Below, one piece after another: positions 1 to 13,847 of a DNA stretch of 64,000 nt. Location: the NCBI GenBank assembly GCA_951406725.2, contig OX597822.1, forward strand, positions 14,508,001-14,572,000, in the 5' to 3' direction. The notes under the pieces were generated by a model. The model ran no database searches. It saw only the letters and a program-made list of their open reading frames with translations, and was not told the origin of the DNA. Position 1 is the stretch's first letter. Every line of letters starts with the position of its first letter. The position numbers were made by a program, and so were the translations under genes. Origin of the DNA: Octopus vulgaris. Its lineage: Eukaryota.

Positions 1-110
1 TTTCTACTCTGAGCTTGGGTCGACCAAAGCCTTGTCAGTGGATTTGGTAGATGGAAACTGAAAGAAGCCCGTCGCATATATATATATATATTATTACTAT
101 TATTATAATA

Positions 111-192
<82 letters not shown>

Positions 193-507
193 CATTTTAA
201 ATAGTAATAGTATGGCAACAAAAGAATGAATGAGACCGCGATATTATGGAAATAGAGGAATTTATCTGTAATATAATATGTGACAATTATCTGGTTGCCA
301 TAATAAAACTCCGAGTTCCGGATGTCGGAGCGGAAATCTGCTCCGGCATCTCGTCATTACCCTTTGTTTAACGGTCATTTTCATAGCATTTTTGTTTGTC
401 TTAATAATTGATCAGATACCGGAGCAGAATACTGCCCCGACATCCGAAACTCGGAGTTTTGTTATGCCAACCGAATAATTGTCACATATTATATTACAAA
501 TTAATTC

Positions 508-552
<45 letters not shown>

Positions 553-760
553 GGTCTGTTTGCGCGTGTAAGTGTGTATCTATGTGTATCTTTTGTGTCT
601 GTGTTTGTTCTACACTATCGCTTTACAACTGGTGTTGGTGTGTTTACGTTCCCATACGTTAGGCATAAAGAAACATGATGGCTGAGGTTGATTCATTCAA
701 CTAAAAATTCAGCAAAGCGGTGCTCCAGTATGGTCGCCGTCTAATGATTGAAACAAGTAA
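1..760 (+). mobile_element. SINE family C (bipartite, internal microsatellite), interrupted by a foldback element
   Basis: 1-75 (..gccttgtcagtggatttggtagatggaaactgaaagaagcccgtc) and 590-760 (..gcggtgctccagtatggtcgccgtctaatgattgaaacaagt) match the two halves seen together at 16055-16425 and 43553-43957. Confidence 0.75.
256..509. repeat. Foldback inverted repeat (~95-bp arms) with decayed hammerhead motif
   Basis: 256-351 is the reverse complement of 414-509; right arm contains ccGAAACTCGGAGTT. Confidence 0.85.
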
Positions 761-1399
761 TACATATGTACATGCGTGTGTGTGTGTGTATGTGTGTGTG
801 TACACATAAACACATGCATATTTATGTATGTATATACTTAGATATTTAGGCAAACGAACAATCTATGAGTCTAGTAATAATAACAATGTCGATACAACAT
901 CAACAACAAAATAGTAATCACAAAACTAACTAAAAGAAGTAAAAGAATAAAAAAAAGGTCTGTGGACGGTTCTTTTGTTGCGATGATGCGACATATGCTT
1001 CAGCATGTAACATATTGCATGTGTGGCGGGACATGTAGCTGGGACGAGGAGAGCGATGTCATGGAAGGGAGGTGGTAGTGGTGGGAGTGATAATTCCAGT
1101 GAGAGTGGGAGGTAGGACTCTAGCAGTGGAGCTGGGAGCAGCGAGTGTATTCAATAAGGTTGCTGAATGTCTCGGAGTTATTGGGTAATGAAATTGTTGT
1201 TAGTGTTGTTGGAGGAGAACAACGACAATGAAAGCGATAAGGAAAAGAAAAAAAAAACAGAAAGAGAGAGAGGGAGAGAGAGATGGGAGTACTGTCCATC
1301 ATGTAGCGCATGTTTAAGTATACTTTTGCAAACAATCTATCTATAATCAAAGTTAATGTGAGTTTGTAATCCAACAATAGATTCTCAAATATCGTGTTG

Positions 1400-1946
1400 C
1401 CAGACGAATTCGTTCCTAGTTTTTACCGTTTAATTTAAACCTTTTTTCATCAAGAATTTTAGCAAATAAACTTAACAAATCAGCCAATAATATATTGTCC
1501 TCCATAGTTCACGACTGCTAACCATCTTCTACAAGATTCTCAAAGCCTTAGTGTTAGAAACTCAAAGGATTCATTGAGTCACGTTTTTACTCCTAAGTCG
1601 TTGTTGAACGCAGACTAATGGGGAAAAAAATTGACAGAGTCTAACAGAGAAGAAGATAAATTTATTGTTAAACACCAAAACTTATCGAGATATTTTATTA
1701 GCAACCTCAATTACGATCGGGTGAAACTGGAGGAAAAATTGCTTGAAAAATGAAAAAGTCCCTGTTACCTGGCTCTGTTTAAACTTTTCCTAAATTTCAA
1801 CAGCAACAACAACTATGCTGACCAAACTTTTACTCTCAAAAGATGATGCAACAATATAAAATGGTTGAATACTTGCAAGGATTTCAAAGAGACTGGAAGA
1901 AATCAGCGATTATTTTAGTCCAATTGCTAATTTTGTATCACACCCT

Positions 1947-1947
<1 letters not shown>
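1400..1947 (+). mobile_element. Possible highly decayed Tc1-like transposon remnant
   Basis: Ends in tatcacaccctata (Tc1-like terminus plus TA); only broken FQQ..N and KWL-like peptide traces. Confidence 0.3.
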
Positions 1948-2028
<81 letters not shown>

Positions 2029-2064
2029 GGATGGATGGATGTATGGATGGATAGATAGACAGAC

Positions 2065-2113
<49 letters not shown>

Positions 2114-2316
2114 CATACATACATACATACATACATACATACATACATACATACAAAATTATATATGTAATAGACTCACCCGTCTTCGACAGGAGAGTCC
2201 ATCATGTATATATATAGAATATGTTTATATGCATATACGTACATATGTATACATACACACAGACAGATAGACAGACATACAGACAGGCAGGCAGGCAGGC
2301 AGACAGACAGACAGGC

Positions 2317-2410
<94 letters not shown>
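1947..2410. repeat. Compound (GATA)n/(GGAT)n/(CATA)n/(GACA)n microsatellites (example of dozens of similar tracts)
   Basis: Direct reading. Confidence 0.95.
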
Positions 2411-2785
2411 GAACAAATACATACCGGTGAATATTTATGTGTATTAGCGCGCACATTCGTGTGTAAAATTTTAAAATCTTATTTTAATGATAGGAAACGA
2501 ATATATTTACATGACCTGATCAATCAATCACATGTCTGATGACTAACGCTTGACAGTTGTGTAAACATCAATAACTACACTCAGTGTAGTTTTTATCCAG
2601 TTATTAAACCGAAAATCTTTTCATGTTATTGCTGTTGTTGTTTAAGTTTTTGATGGTGAATAGATACGACAATGTTGTTTCAAGTTCAGTGTCATTGAGC
2701 ATTTTTGTGGCCTGGGATCGATCAAAACTGTGAGAGTAAACTTCGTAGACAGAAACAGTGCGGAAGCCCTATGTTAGTGTGTGCG

Positions 2786-2848
<63 letters not shown>

Positions 2849-3127
2849 TAGTGTCTTTCTCCTCTTTCTCTTGTTCCTCCTCCTCTCACTAAGCCACAGT
2901 AAAAATATAAATCATGGTTGGCTAGTGACTGAGGAATAACGAGTCATGAGTTACGATTAACGGTCTGAGATATGGCTGTGCACACGACACATGTGACCAA
3001 CAGATGCTTCTAAGCTTTTACTACACAGCGAAAATCTTGTCCCACGAGAAAAAGTTGACTCGTTTATAAAAGTACAGCCTTGATCGATAACTTTATGCAT
3101 TTGATACATTTGTTTTAATGTATACAT

Positions 3128-3226
<99 letters not shown>

Positions 3227-3397
3227 TGAAAAGAACACGAGTTGATATGTAAAAGGAAAATAAGACAAGGTAGAAAATGCTAAAATAATTTTATCATGAA
3301 GAACATTTTAGTAGCGGTTCCAGTCATTGCGACTTTTCTCAACTTAGATTAAAGCACGAAAAACAATTAAATTGTGGAAAAATTAAATGAAATGTTT

Positions 3398-3477
3398 TTT
3401 TAAAAAATATTTACATAGTTTTCAAATGCAAGGGACATTTTCCTTTTTCCAGTCTGTCTCTGTCTCCCTTTTTTAAT

Positions 3478-3566
<89 letters not shown>

Positions 3567-3939
3567 AATATCTTGGGTATGACATTAAATTGCATCGGGT
3601 AGTGAGGCTTCAGTTCGAGAGTTCTGGTGTGGAGTCACCATTTAAGTACCACATAACTCCCACGTCCATTCCCATCCGGAAAAGTAGTACCTTTTAATGT
3701 TCCATCTATGGGTTAAATAAACTTTTGCAGGGGTAGATGGAGCTTCTTACCTGTGGTGAAACCAATCAACTTTGGGGAAGGAAAACTCCAAAATTATTAT
3801 CACCTTCCAAGATGTCCTAAACCAGCACGGAAGAGTATAGCCGATGAAACTAACATGAAATATGTCCAGTAACATAGATTCATCCTCTGGCGTCGACTAT
3901 CGCATGTCAAAGCGCATTGTACCGCAGGCGGAGATAGAG

Positions 3940-3982
<43 letters not shown>

Positions 3983-4608
3983 GGATTGTCTGAATTAAAA
4001 CCTTGTAACCTCCTCCTATACAGTTATCGGCTACCATATGCCATCATACAGCAGGGATATTCTTTTTCCTGGCTATACCTGTGCAACTCCGTAAGTAAAA
4101 GCAGAATTTATACAAAAATGTTATTAAGGAAGATGGAATGAATAGGCTTCAACGAAAGAAGGCAACAATTCTTTCTGCGCAATGGTAACATATGTTAGTT
4201 GCTGAGTTTTTCATATCATACTATTACATAGAACATTCCATACATAATCACATCCCTTTGTGGACACCGAGTGAATGAACATATGTATGGAGGAACGGAT
4301 ATAGGCGAATAAATCGCTTGATGTACGATAACAATCCTGATGACTATGGTGTATACCAGAATAAACTGAAATTATGTTTGATGATTGAACTGACGACTGA
4401 CAAGTGGATATCCCGGTGGGATAAAGGGATGATCGTAGGTCATTTGAAGAGAAACAATTACAAACAATAAAGATAACGATGCTTCTAGTTTATATCATAT
4501 TATAAAAAAGAAACAAAGTTTATATAAGATTAAAAAGGGAGATAGAGACAAACTGGAAAAAGGAAAATGTCCCGTGCATTTGAAAACTATGGAAATATTT
4601 TTTAAAAA
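3398..4608. repeat. Inverted repeat, ~88-bp arms (3398-3485 / 4521-4608), ~1 kb spacer
   Basis: ttttcaaatgcaagggacattttcctttttccag vs ctggaaaaaggaaaatgtcccgtgcatttgaaaa. Confidence 0.8.
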
Positions 4609-4710
4609 GCAATGTTATATTTGATTTCTATTCTACAGGTTTGATTTTTATGTCCAACTACGAATTTTTGGTCTAATTATTTTGTAATTTATATTTTTAT
4701 CTTTTACTGC

Positions 4711-4754
<44 letters not shown>

Positions 4755-4761
<7 letters not shown>

Positions 4762-5090
4762 CAAAATATGGGACAAGAATGCAAAACATCCAGACAGATG
4801 ATACAAAAAAAGGGACAAGAAAAAACAAGGACGAGTCATTCGGAGTTTTCTTTCTTCACTCGAGTTCCAGATTATCTTTGCAATTTCGGCTGCTTATACT
4901 TTGAGATTGATCCAATCTGGCCAACCCCAAGCGAAAACTAAGCTAAGAGCACTAGATTCCTTGGAAGAAAGCAGCGAATGTATACGGAAACAAGGACGAA
5001 AAAAAACCCCGAAGAAATTGTACACAAATAACAATGCAAATAACAGGACATAACAACATGTGCTTTTCGACTAAGGACGAATTAAATTAA
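4755..5090 (-). mobile_element. (TA)n-associated non-coding repeat, family F4
   Basis: Reverse complement aligns with 49813-50030 and 50600-50870 (ccaaggaatctagtgctcttagcttagtttt..cagccgaaattgc). Confidence 0.75.
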
Positions 5091-5213
5091 ACTGGTGTAT
5101 GTGTAAGTGAAGCCTTACGGCAGAGACATAAGACATGACAGACATGGGGAGGAATATAGATGTTATATATACACACACACAGACATATACACATACACTG
5201 ACACAGACAGACA

Positions 5214-5282
<69 letters not shown>

Positions 5283-5610
5283 GCTTCCAGTTGGTCCGAT
5301 AAACGGAACAGCCTGCTCGTGAAATCAACTTGTAAGTGGCTGTGCACTCCACAGACATGTGTACCCTTATCGTAATTCTCGGGGAGATTCAGCGTAACAC
5401 AGAGTGTGACAAGGCTGGCCCTTTCAAATACAGGTACAACAGAAACAGGAAGAAAAAGAGAGAAAGTTGTGGTGAAACAGTATACCACGGGTGGCCACCA
5501 CCCACTGCCGGAGCCTCGTGTTTTCGCTCAATAAACATTCACAACGCCCGGTCTGGGAATAGAGATCGTAATCCCACGATCCCACTGGGCCATGGCACCT
5601 CCACCTCCAC
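5283..5610 (-). mobile_element. tRNA-derived SINE family B
   Basis: Reverse complement matches 40153-40530 and 44002-44372. Confidence 0.85.
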
Positions 5611-5664
5611 TATATATATATACATCATACATACATATATATATACACACACCCACACACTCAA

Positions 5665-5702
<38 letters not shown>

Positions 5703-5767
5703 ACATATATATGTATGTATGTATCGGTGTTTTTATAACTTATGTGGCTTTCTACTGGGGTGGAGAA

Positions 5768-5935
5768 TAGTCGAAAAGATGGTCCTCAGTTTTATACTGA
5801 TACTTATTTCATCGACCCCCGAAAGGATAGATGGTGAAGTCGATCTCGTCGGAATTTGAACTCAGAACGTAAAGACGGACGAAATGATGCCAAGCGTTTT
5901 GTTCGGCGTGCTAACGATACTTCTAGCTCACCGCT
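5768..5935 (-). mobile_element. tRNA-derived SINE family A
   Basis: B-box-like gagttcaaattcc and cctttcggggtcgat core on the minus strand. Confidence 0.8.
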
Positions 5936-7441
5936 TTCGTCATCTTAAACGTAATAATGATTATGATAATGATGATGATGGTGATGATGATGGTGGTGGT
6001 GGTGGTGGTGGTGATATGATGGATGTGGTGGTGGTGATGGTGGCGGCGGCGGCGGTGGTGTTGGTGGAGGTGGCGTCGGTGGTGTTGGTGGAGGTGGCGG
6101 TGGTGGTGCTTGTGGGGGGTGGCGGTGGTGGTGCTTGTGGGGGGTGGCGCTGGTGGTGATGGTAGTTTCTTTACTTTTTTCATTATTTTTATGCATTATG
6201 CATTTGATATTTTAATTTTGTTATTCGTTCATACAAAAGCATATCAGAAGAGGGCGTTGCAGGATGTATGCCGGTGTGAACTCATGGTTATATAAACACG
6301 AGAGGTGGAGCAGAAACTTTAAATAATGTACAATGGCAATAAAATATTTGGTGTTGCACAAAATAAACAATAAATATCTATACACATATATAAATATCAT
6401 AAAAAAAGCAGCAACGTATAAGTTGAAGAAAAACTCACCAATGTCAAAATAAAAAAAAACAAAACAGCCGCGTAAATGAGATCAAAGCACTCCTGCTCTC
6501 CGTTCACCTATTCTTGAGAATCGGTCCTACTAAACGTAATCTTCAATATCTAACGAATTGCATTCGTTGAGTTTCTTCCATTTTCCCTTGGTAGTTCTTC
6601 TCCTGGCTAGGTTATAATTTCTTATTTGGTTTTTGCCAACGCCATATCATTTGAATGCTCCACAACATTAATATAATATTCTAGCTTTCTTCAGTATGTT
6701 CATTCAGTAGATCTATTGTTTTTTGTTGCGTAGAATAATTCAAAGGCGGCATAAATTTCTTTCAGTCCGAGGTGACGATAGACTTGTCATCACGTGTCCT
6801 CCTCAGTTTCCGATAAATTTTCCTTTTCTGGATTTTCCCCTCACGTTCAAAATCTAATTTATCTCCATCGCCAAAAAATATAAGGATAATACTACCAGAT
6901 GAGACGAGGTCTCTTTTTTTAAAAAATTATTTCATTACTTTATTAATTAATTAATTTATTTTATTTTCTGATCGCAAAGTGAACTTCTTAGCCACATATT
7001 CGTGCTACATTTCTGGCTGGTTCTTTTTTTTTTGCAAGTGAAAATGTCTGCCCGCTTATTCAAATGTCATTGTCTTTCTCATCTGTGTGTCCCTTTTACG
7101 TTTCTGTTATTGTTTTCACAAACTTTTCATTGTGGATGTAATCAGTGACAAACTCGGTCCTAGCTTGCAATTTTCATTGCTGACCCTGTCGAAGAAGTTT
7201 TGTTAAAAAACGAAGAAACGGAAGTTTAGAAAACTCCAATATTAAAACGTATAATGAGAACCCATATTATTCCACCTTAAAGTAAACAGGTTCAATACCC
7301 AAGTGTTCCATATAAGAAACAAAAGCAATATGTTTTGAAATTCGAGGTGGGGAAACAGAACCTTCGACGGAAGCATGGAGGAACCCTGTCGTTTCCAGAG
7401 GGCTATGACAGCAATAATGATGTTGAAGACGATGATGAGGG

Positions 7442-7545
<104 letters not shown>

Positions 7546-7586
7546 TCAATAGTAAAAAGAATAGTTATTAATAATAATTAGACCTT

Positions 7587-7990
7587 GAGCTAGCACAATC
7601 GTTAGACAGCCTAATAAAATGCTGAGAGCTATTTATGTTGGTTCTTTAAATTCTGAGTTCAAATTTTTGCCTTTCCCCTTTAGGGATCAATAAAATAAAG
7701 TACTAATCAAGGGTCGGGATCGATGTAAGCTACTTGACTCTCGCCTTCAAACTGCTGGCTTTGTACCAAACTCTGAAACAATGGCGGCGACCTATCAGAA
7801 TCGTTAGCACAGCGGCCAAAATGCTGACCGGTATTTTGTTACGTTCTGAGTTCAAATTTCGTCCGGGTATACTTTACATTTCATACTCTCTGCGTCGACG
7901 AAATAAGTTCCAGTTAAGCACTGGGATTTATGAAATCGATGTGCCCTTCCCTCCAAAATGTCAGGCTGTGTGCCTATAAAAAAGAAAGAT
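7587..7990 (+). mobile_element. Two tandem decayed SINE-A copies
   Basis: Two ttctgagttcaaattt motifs with SINE-A heads and tails. Confidence 0.7.
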
Positions 7991-8060
7991 TTTCCACTTA
8001 GTCCCTCCACGAAGTTGTCGACTTGAAACCATAATAATAATAATGATATTTGCAAATTAC

Positions 8061-8148
<88 letters not shown>

Positions 8149-8701
8149 GAGTGAGCGAGCAGAGCATGCCATCAAAGTGACACTGGGGTAAAATATACGA
8201 AGCCCAGTATACCCATCATGACTACCCGTCTGATAAGGGTACACCAGGCACATGCATCACAACCATATGTGCGCGACATGGTGATCTCATATCAAGATAA
8301 ACAGCACATGACCTTGCAGGTGGAGCCCAGTTAGAATTTTCTTCAGATCGAGTAACCCATCCCGCTCAAAAGGTCCCTGAATAAGGGTTGTTTAAGGACC
8401 TTGAACGAAACACCATGTTTCCAGAGGTGAATTATTCAAACCCCAAAGAATCCCTCTCAACACATGGCTATGATGCTCCCCCACTACTTCTGCTCGTGAT
8501 CAGAGATGCACATATCGTCAGCCACTAAGGGACATGCTCAACTGGTTAAGGTCAAACAACTGACAAGCAAATCTGTGGTATTGAGCAGAATATTTGCTGT
8601 AGCCCATCTTTTATACCAAGACAAAACAATGTACATGATAACACTTCCAATCAGTTAAGATCAGAAGCCATGAGAGCCACTGCCTGGTACTGCATCAGGG
8701 C

Positions 8702-8703
<2 letters not shown>
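8149..8703 (-). mobile_element. ~550-bp non-coding repeat in an (ATT)n array, copy 1
   Basis: Aligns along its length with 8810-9302; (ATT)n on both sides; strand inferred from G:U-containing stems. Confidence 0.75.
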
Positions 8704-8800
<97 letters not shown>

Positions 8801-8809
8801 TAGGATAAA

Positions 8810-9302
8810 GAGCCATCAAAGTGACACTGAGGTAAAATATACGAAGCCCGGTATACCCATCATGACTACTCGTCTGATAAGAGTACACCAGGCACATGCA
8901 TCACATCCATATGTACGTGACATGATAATCTTATATCAAGATAAACATCGCATGACCTTGCAGGTGGGGCCCAGTTAGAATTTTCTTCAGGTCGAGTAGC
9001 CCATTCCACTCGAAAGGTCCCTGAATAAGGTTTGTTCAAGTATGAAGAATGAAACACCCATGTTTCTAGAGGTGGATTATTCAAACCTCAAAGAATTCAC
9101 ATGGCTATGATGCTCCCCCACTATTTCTGCTCGTGATCAGAGATGCACATATCGTCAGCCACTAAGGGAGATGTTCAACTGGTTAAGGTCAAGAATATTT
9201 GTTGTAGATCACCTTTTATACCAAGACAAAACATGTTCGTAACACTTCCAATCAGTTAAAATCAGAAGCCTTGAGACCCACTGCTTTGTACTGCATAAGG
9301 GG
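8810..9302 (-). mobile_element. Same repeat, copy 2 (small internal deletions)
   Basis: gccatcaaagtgacactg..ctgcat colinear with copy 1. Confidence 0.75.
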
Positions 9303-9341
9303 GCTTATTATTATTATTATTGTTGTTGTTGTTGTTGTTGA

Positions 9342-9383
<42 letters not shown>

Positions 9384-9394
9384 CATCATTATTG

Positions 9395-10745
9395 TTGCCT
9401 TTGCACAACTTCTAACGCTGGAGATGTAATACACTGTCAGGTGTTCACTACCTGTGAACTAAGGTAACACCTCTTATTCTTCGAGTACCTTCCGGAGTAT
9501 TCGAGCAGTCCAAGCAGTACTGCTTTCTGCAAGTTCTCCACTCTTATTGCAGCCTCTATTTGTTCTACGTACTTCTCGAGATTTTTGCTCACTGCTCCCA
9601 GGGCTCCGACAATTATTGTTACTTCTGCTAACTTTTTCATCGACCACAACTGCTTAACCTCCCAAGCTAACCTGTCATATCTCTCGACTTTTCTTTCTTC
9701 CTTATCGCATACCTTGTTGTCAGCTGGACATGCTATACCTATCAGCATAGTTTGTTTTCTTTCTCAATTAAGACTATGCCTGGCTTCCTGTTCTCTATCT
9801 CATGGTCGCACTGAATCATAAAATCCCATAGGATCTTTGCATTTCTGTTTTCGACGATGCTTTCAGGTTTGTGGTCGTATCAATTTTTTGCTCTGTCAAG
9901 TCCATACTTGTTGCAAAGCGTCCAGGGGACAAGCCTTGCTATATTGTCATGGCGTCTCTTATATTCCTTGTGGGCTAGTGGCGTCACCGTTTTGTCCACA
10001 GATTCTACACTTATCACTTTCTGATGTATTGTCTATTCTGTATTTTATGTAGTTTGTTCTTAGTGCTTGCTCTTGGGGATGTTTCCGGTTTTAAATAACT
10101 TTTAGACATCCGCAGCCATCTTTTTTCTCTGTCTTATCTTCAACATCTCTATGAAATTGACCATGCAGTCTTTTCTTTACCCACCTATTTTCAGTTTATC
10201 TTCATTTTCAAACGCTTGTACAGTGCTTTATCTTTGCAATCTTTCATCCTACACAAGCCTGTCCTTCCTACTTCTAATAATAGTGGTTCCGTGGCATTTT
10301 TTTACATACCATGCTATGTTGTTTTCTTCTGCTCTAATGCATCTAGGGTCAGAACCGTTTTGGTAGTTTTTTGTGAGAAAGCTTTGATCTTGTGACGCCA
10401 GTATGAAACCTTCTGTCTCTGCTTTCAGTCCTGAACTTCTCAGCTTCTGATGGGTTGTTGCTTGATCTATATCAGCATTTCGACATGGAAGTATTCTTTC
10501 TTTATTTTCTCTTTCATTTATGTGTGTTGTTCTGTCCAAGGAGAGGATTCCCGCCCCTTAATTTGTTTGTGCCCGTTCTTTTTTGCACTCTGCTTGATCC
10601 ATTTTGCTTGTTTTGTGGCAACCCTTTTAGGGTCAATGCGAAGATCCTTTGCGAATTTGCAAGCTTCCTTGTGATGTTTTGCTGCTTTAGTGTGATGTTG
10701 CTACTCGTAACTAGTTTTCCTCTTCTCAGGGTTGCTTTGGCACAT
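9395..10745 (-). pseudogene. R4/Dong-like non-LTR retrotransposon 3' fragments (zinc knuckle and restriction-like endonuclease region)
   Basis: LKAETEGFILASQDQ, QEQALRTNY..CRICG and IIVGALGAV..LQKAVLLG motifs; frameshifts; 3' end runs into (TAA)n. Confidence 0.8.
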
Positions 10746-10761
10746 TAGTAAAGTATATATA

Positions 10762-10798
<37 letters not shown>

Positions 10799-10969
10799 AG
10801 AAAGCGAGAGAGAAGTGTGGGAAGGACATCCACAAAAATGAGATATTATTAGATAGAAGATAAACAAATATCGACATGGCTTGGCTTCGCGAATGCCTTA
10901 CATACACACACAGTTGTTTATATGTGTGTAGATAAGTGTACATATGCACAAAAATACACGTACATAGAC

Positions 10970-11038
<69 letters not shown>

Positions 11039-11766
11039 CACAAATATATATAGATATATATATATGATATATATATATATATGCCACATACATACACACA
11101 AACATACGAACATACATACATACATAAATACTTACAAGCATACATACATCCTTCCATACAAGCATACATACATGTATACAGACATATATACATGCACCCA
11201 TATAAACATACATATATACACCCATACATACATACACCCATACATACATACACACATATACCCATACACCCATACATACATACATACATACATACATACA
11301 TACATACACTCATATATACATAACGACCATCCACCGACCCGGTGCCAATGCTGGGTTCCTACACCAGACTCCACGTATTCCTTTTGTGTCCAGTTCAAAA
11401 GAATGGCCCGTCGCGACTTCTGCGGTTACGTATTTCGTGTGTTAAAGTGTTTCTCATCGCCCATACCACCCCGATCTACCCGTATTTGTGTTGTAATCCT
11501 CAAACAAAGCCCACCTTTATAGCTGGCTGGCCTCAATATTACACATTACCCTGTTTCCCTCACCGCCCCCGAAAAGTAAGGGAGATGAAGAAAAAAGGTG
11601 AAAAAAATATATATATAAAACAGAAATAAATAAACAACAACAACAGCAGTATGAAATAAGAAAACATGATTGTCCTTTCACTCGCTACGTTTAGAACCTA
11701 CCACAGCCAAAGCGGAGCCGACCCCGAAGTGACGACTTCAACAGCAGCAGCAACAACAACAACTGT

Positions 11767-11822
<56 letters not shown>

Positions 11823-12100
11823 TCGACGTCGGCACCACCACTACCACCACCATCACTACCGCGACAACATGAGCGGCAATGACACCCTTAACAAAAACAA
11901 CCAAGACAAACATAAACACTTCCACCATCACCACCACCATCACCACAACCACCACCGTGAAGAGGTCTGATATCATCGCCGCCACCGCCAGTGGCTCCGT
12001 TAGTGCCACCCCAGCGCCTTCACTTCTGTTATTGCTTTGAACTTCCTTTAATTCATTTTAAATATTTTATTGAGCTCTTTAAACTTCTATCTGTCTGTTG

Positions 12101-12163
<63 letters not shown>

Positions 12164-12183
12164 CTATCTATATATCTACCTAC

Positions 12184-12218
<35 letters not shown>

Positions 12219-12294
12219 AATCTACCTAACTACCTATCTCTCTCTCTATCTATCTACCTACCCCCCTCTCTCTCTCTATCTATCTATCTATTTT

Positions 12295-12383
<89 letters not shown>

Positions 12384-12609
12384 TTATCATTCTATTAGAA
12401 ATTTGGACATCTTTGAAAATACATGGACGTTGGGCGAATGATGGATTTTCTTTTCTGGGCATACGTTTAAAATTATCATTAAAAGATTCAGTATCCCTTT
12501 GCTTGTTAAAGTCATTTGTCTAAGGCCATGCTGGAGCACCACCTTTAGTTGGACAAATCGACACCAGGACTTATTTTTTGAAAGCATAGTACTTATTCTT
12601 TCGGTTTCT

Positions 12610-12734
12610 ATCATCTCGTCAGGTAAAAAGGAGAAATAAAACACATCACTAAGCCATTTTGACAGAATGACCAATGTTTTCTTCGAAACATATGTCGCAT
12701 GTATAAAAATTTGAATAACAACTCCATTTCTTAA

Positions 12735-12735
<1 letters not shown>
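12610..12735. mobile_element. Rearranged fragment of the hammerhead family seen at 31043-31660
   Basis: caatgttttcttcgaaacatatgtcg is identical to 31585-31610; an inverted CTGACGA piece lies at 12616-12622. Confidence 0.65.
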
Positions 12736-12820
<85 letters not shown>

Positions 12821-12869
12821 TGCAATAATCAACCTTGAAAGCGTAAAAAGCAGGAACCAGATATACTCT

Positions 12870-13069
12870 CGGTACAAGGCCCAAAATTTTGGGGGAGGAG
12901 GCCAGTCAATTAGATCGACCTCAGTATGCAACTGGTACTTAATTTATCGACCTCGAAAAATGAAAGTCGAAGTCGACCTCGGCAGACTTTGAACTCTGAA
13001 CGTAAAGACCGGCGAAATATCGTTAAGCATGTCGCCCGGCGTGCTAAAATTTCTGCCAGGTCACCGCCT
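12870..13069 (-). mobile_element. SINE-A with ggccttgt-type tail
   Basis: Head ggcggtgacctggcagaa, core and tail on the minus strand. Confidence 0.85.
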
Positions 13070-13419
13070 TTACGTAAATACATATTAAAAATACACAACA
13101 CGGCCTTCTAATACGATGGGTAATCAGTATAGTGTGGGTAGCAGCGCATTGTGAATGGTGGGGTGAGCGCACTTCTGAGGACCAAGCAGAATCTTTGACT
13201 TATCGCCGATCCGTGTTATCAAAGATCAATTCGTGATAAGCGTGACATGGTTCACAATCGAACGGTACATGCTGAGTCCATTTTTGTCTTTCATCTCTAC
13301 TGGATTAAAAAGAAAATTTATCAATAATATCGACGGTCGATTTTATTGACTAAACTGCTCCACTAAGATTCTGTCCTTGTGTCTATTTTAGAAGTCATTA
13401 TTAGTAAGGGCAGTTAAAG

Positions 13420-13640
13420 TGCGTGGTCTAGCGGTCAGCGTATTGCACTAACGACCTCGGACTAGCGGTGTGTTGTGTTCTTGAGAAAAGCACTTCATTC
13501 GTCGTTGTCATAGTCATCACAGCCGCAACAGAATAACCCTGCGATGGTCTGGCATCCTATTCAGGTGATGCTGATAGCGGTTAATTATTTGTCACGTTCG
13601 CCGTGGAAACTGGGAAACCGGTCGAATGAGTCCTTGGACT
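13420..13640 (+). mobile_element. Old tRNA-SINE family D (related copies 21795-21970 +, 59610-59770 -)
   Basis: tRNA-like head, gttgtgttcttgag and aaccctgcgatggtctggcatcctattcagg motifs. Confidence 0.6.
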
Positions 13641-13804
13641 TTGGATAGTAATAGTCCAGTGGGCATTGTTGCTGTTGTTGTTGTTGATAATGATGATGAT
13701 GTGGATGGACAAAAGCGTCAGAATTTTGCAGGATTTAGTTATGAGTCATTACATATCGAGTTCAAATTAAACCGAGTTCAAACTTCTCTCTCTATTTCTT
13801 TCTT

Positions 13805-13847
<43 letters not shown>

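Noticed and set aside
5923-6196. His/Pro/Gly-rich ORFs
   Set aside because: (GGT)n/(GAT)n low-complexity tract
8640-8700. Faint resemblance to U2 snRNA, and a SECIS-like fold near 8170-8225
   Set aside because: Matches are short and wrongly spaced; the apical AA is missing
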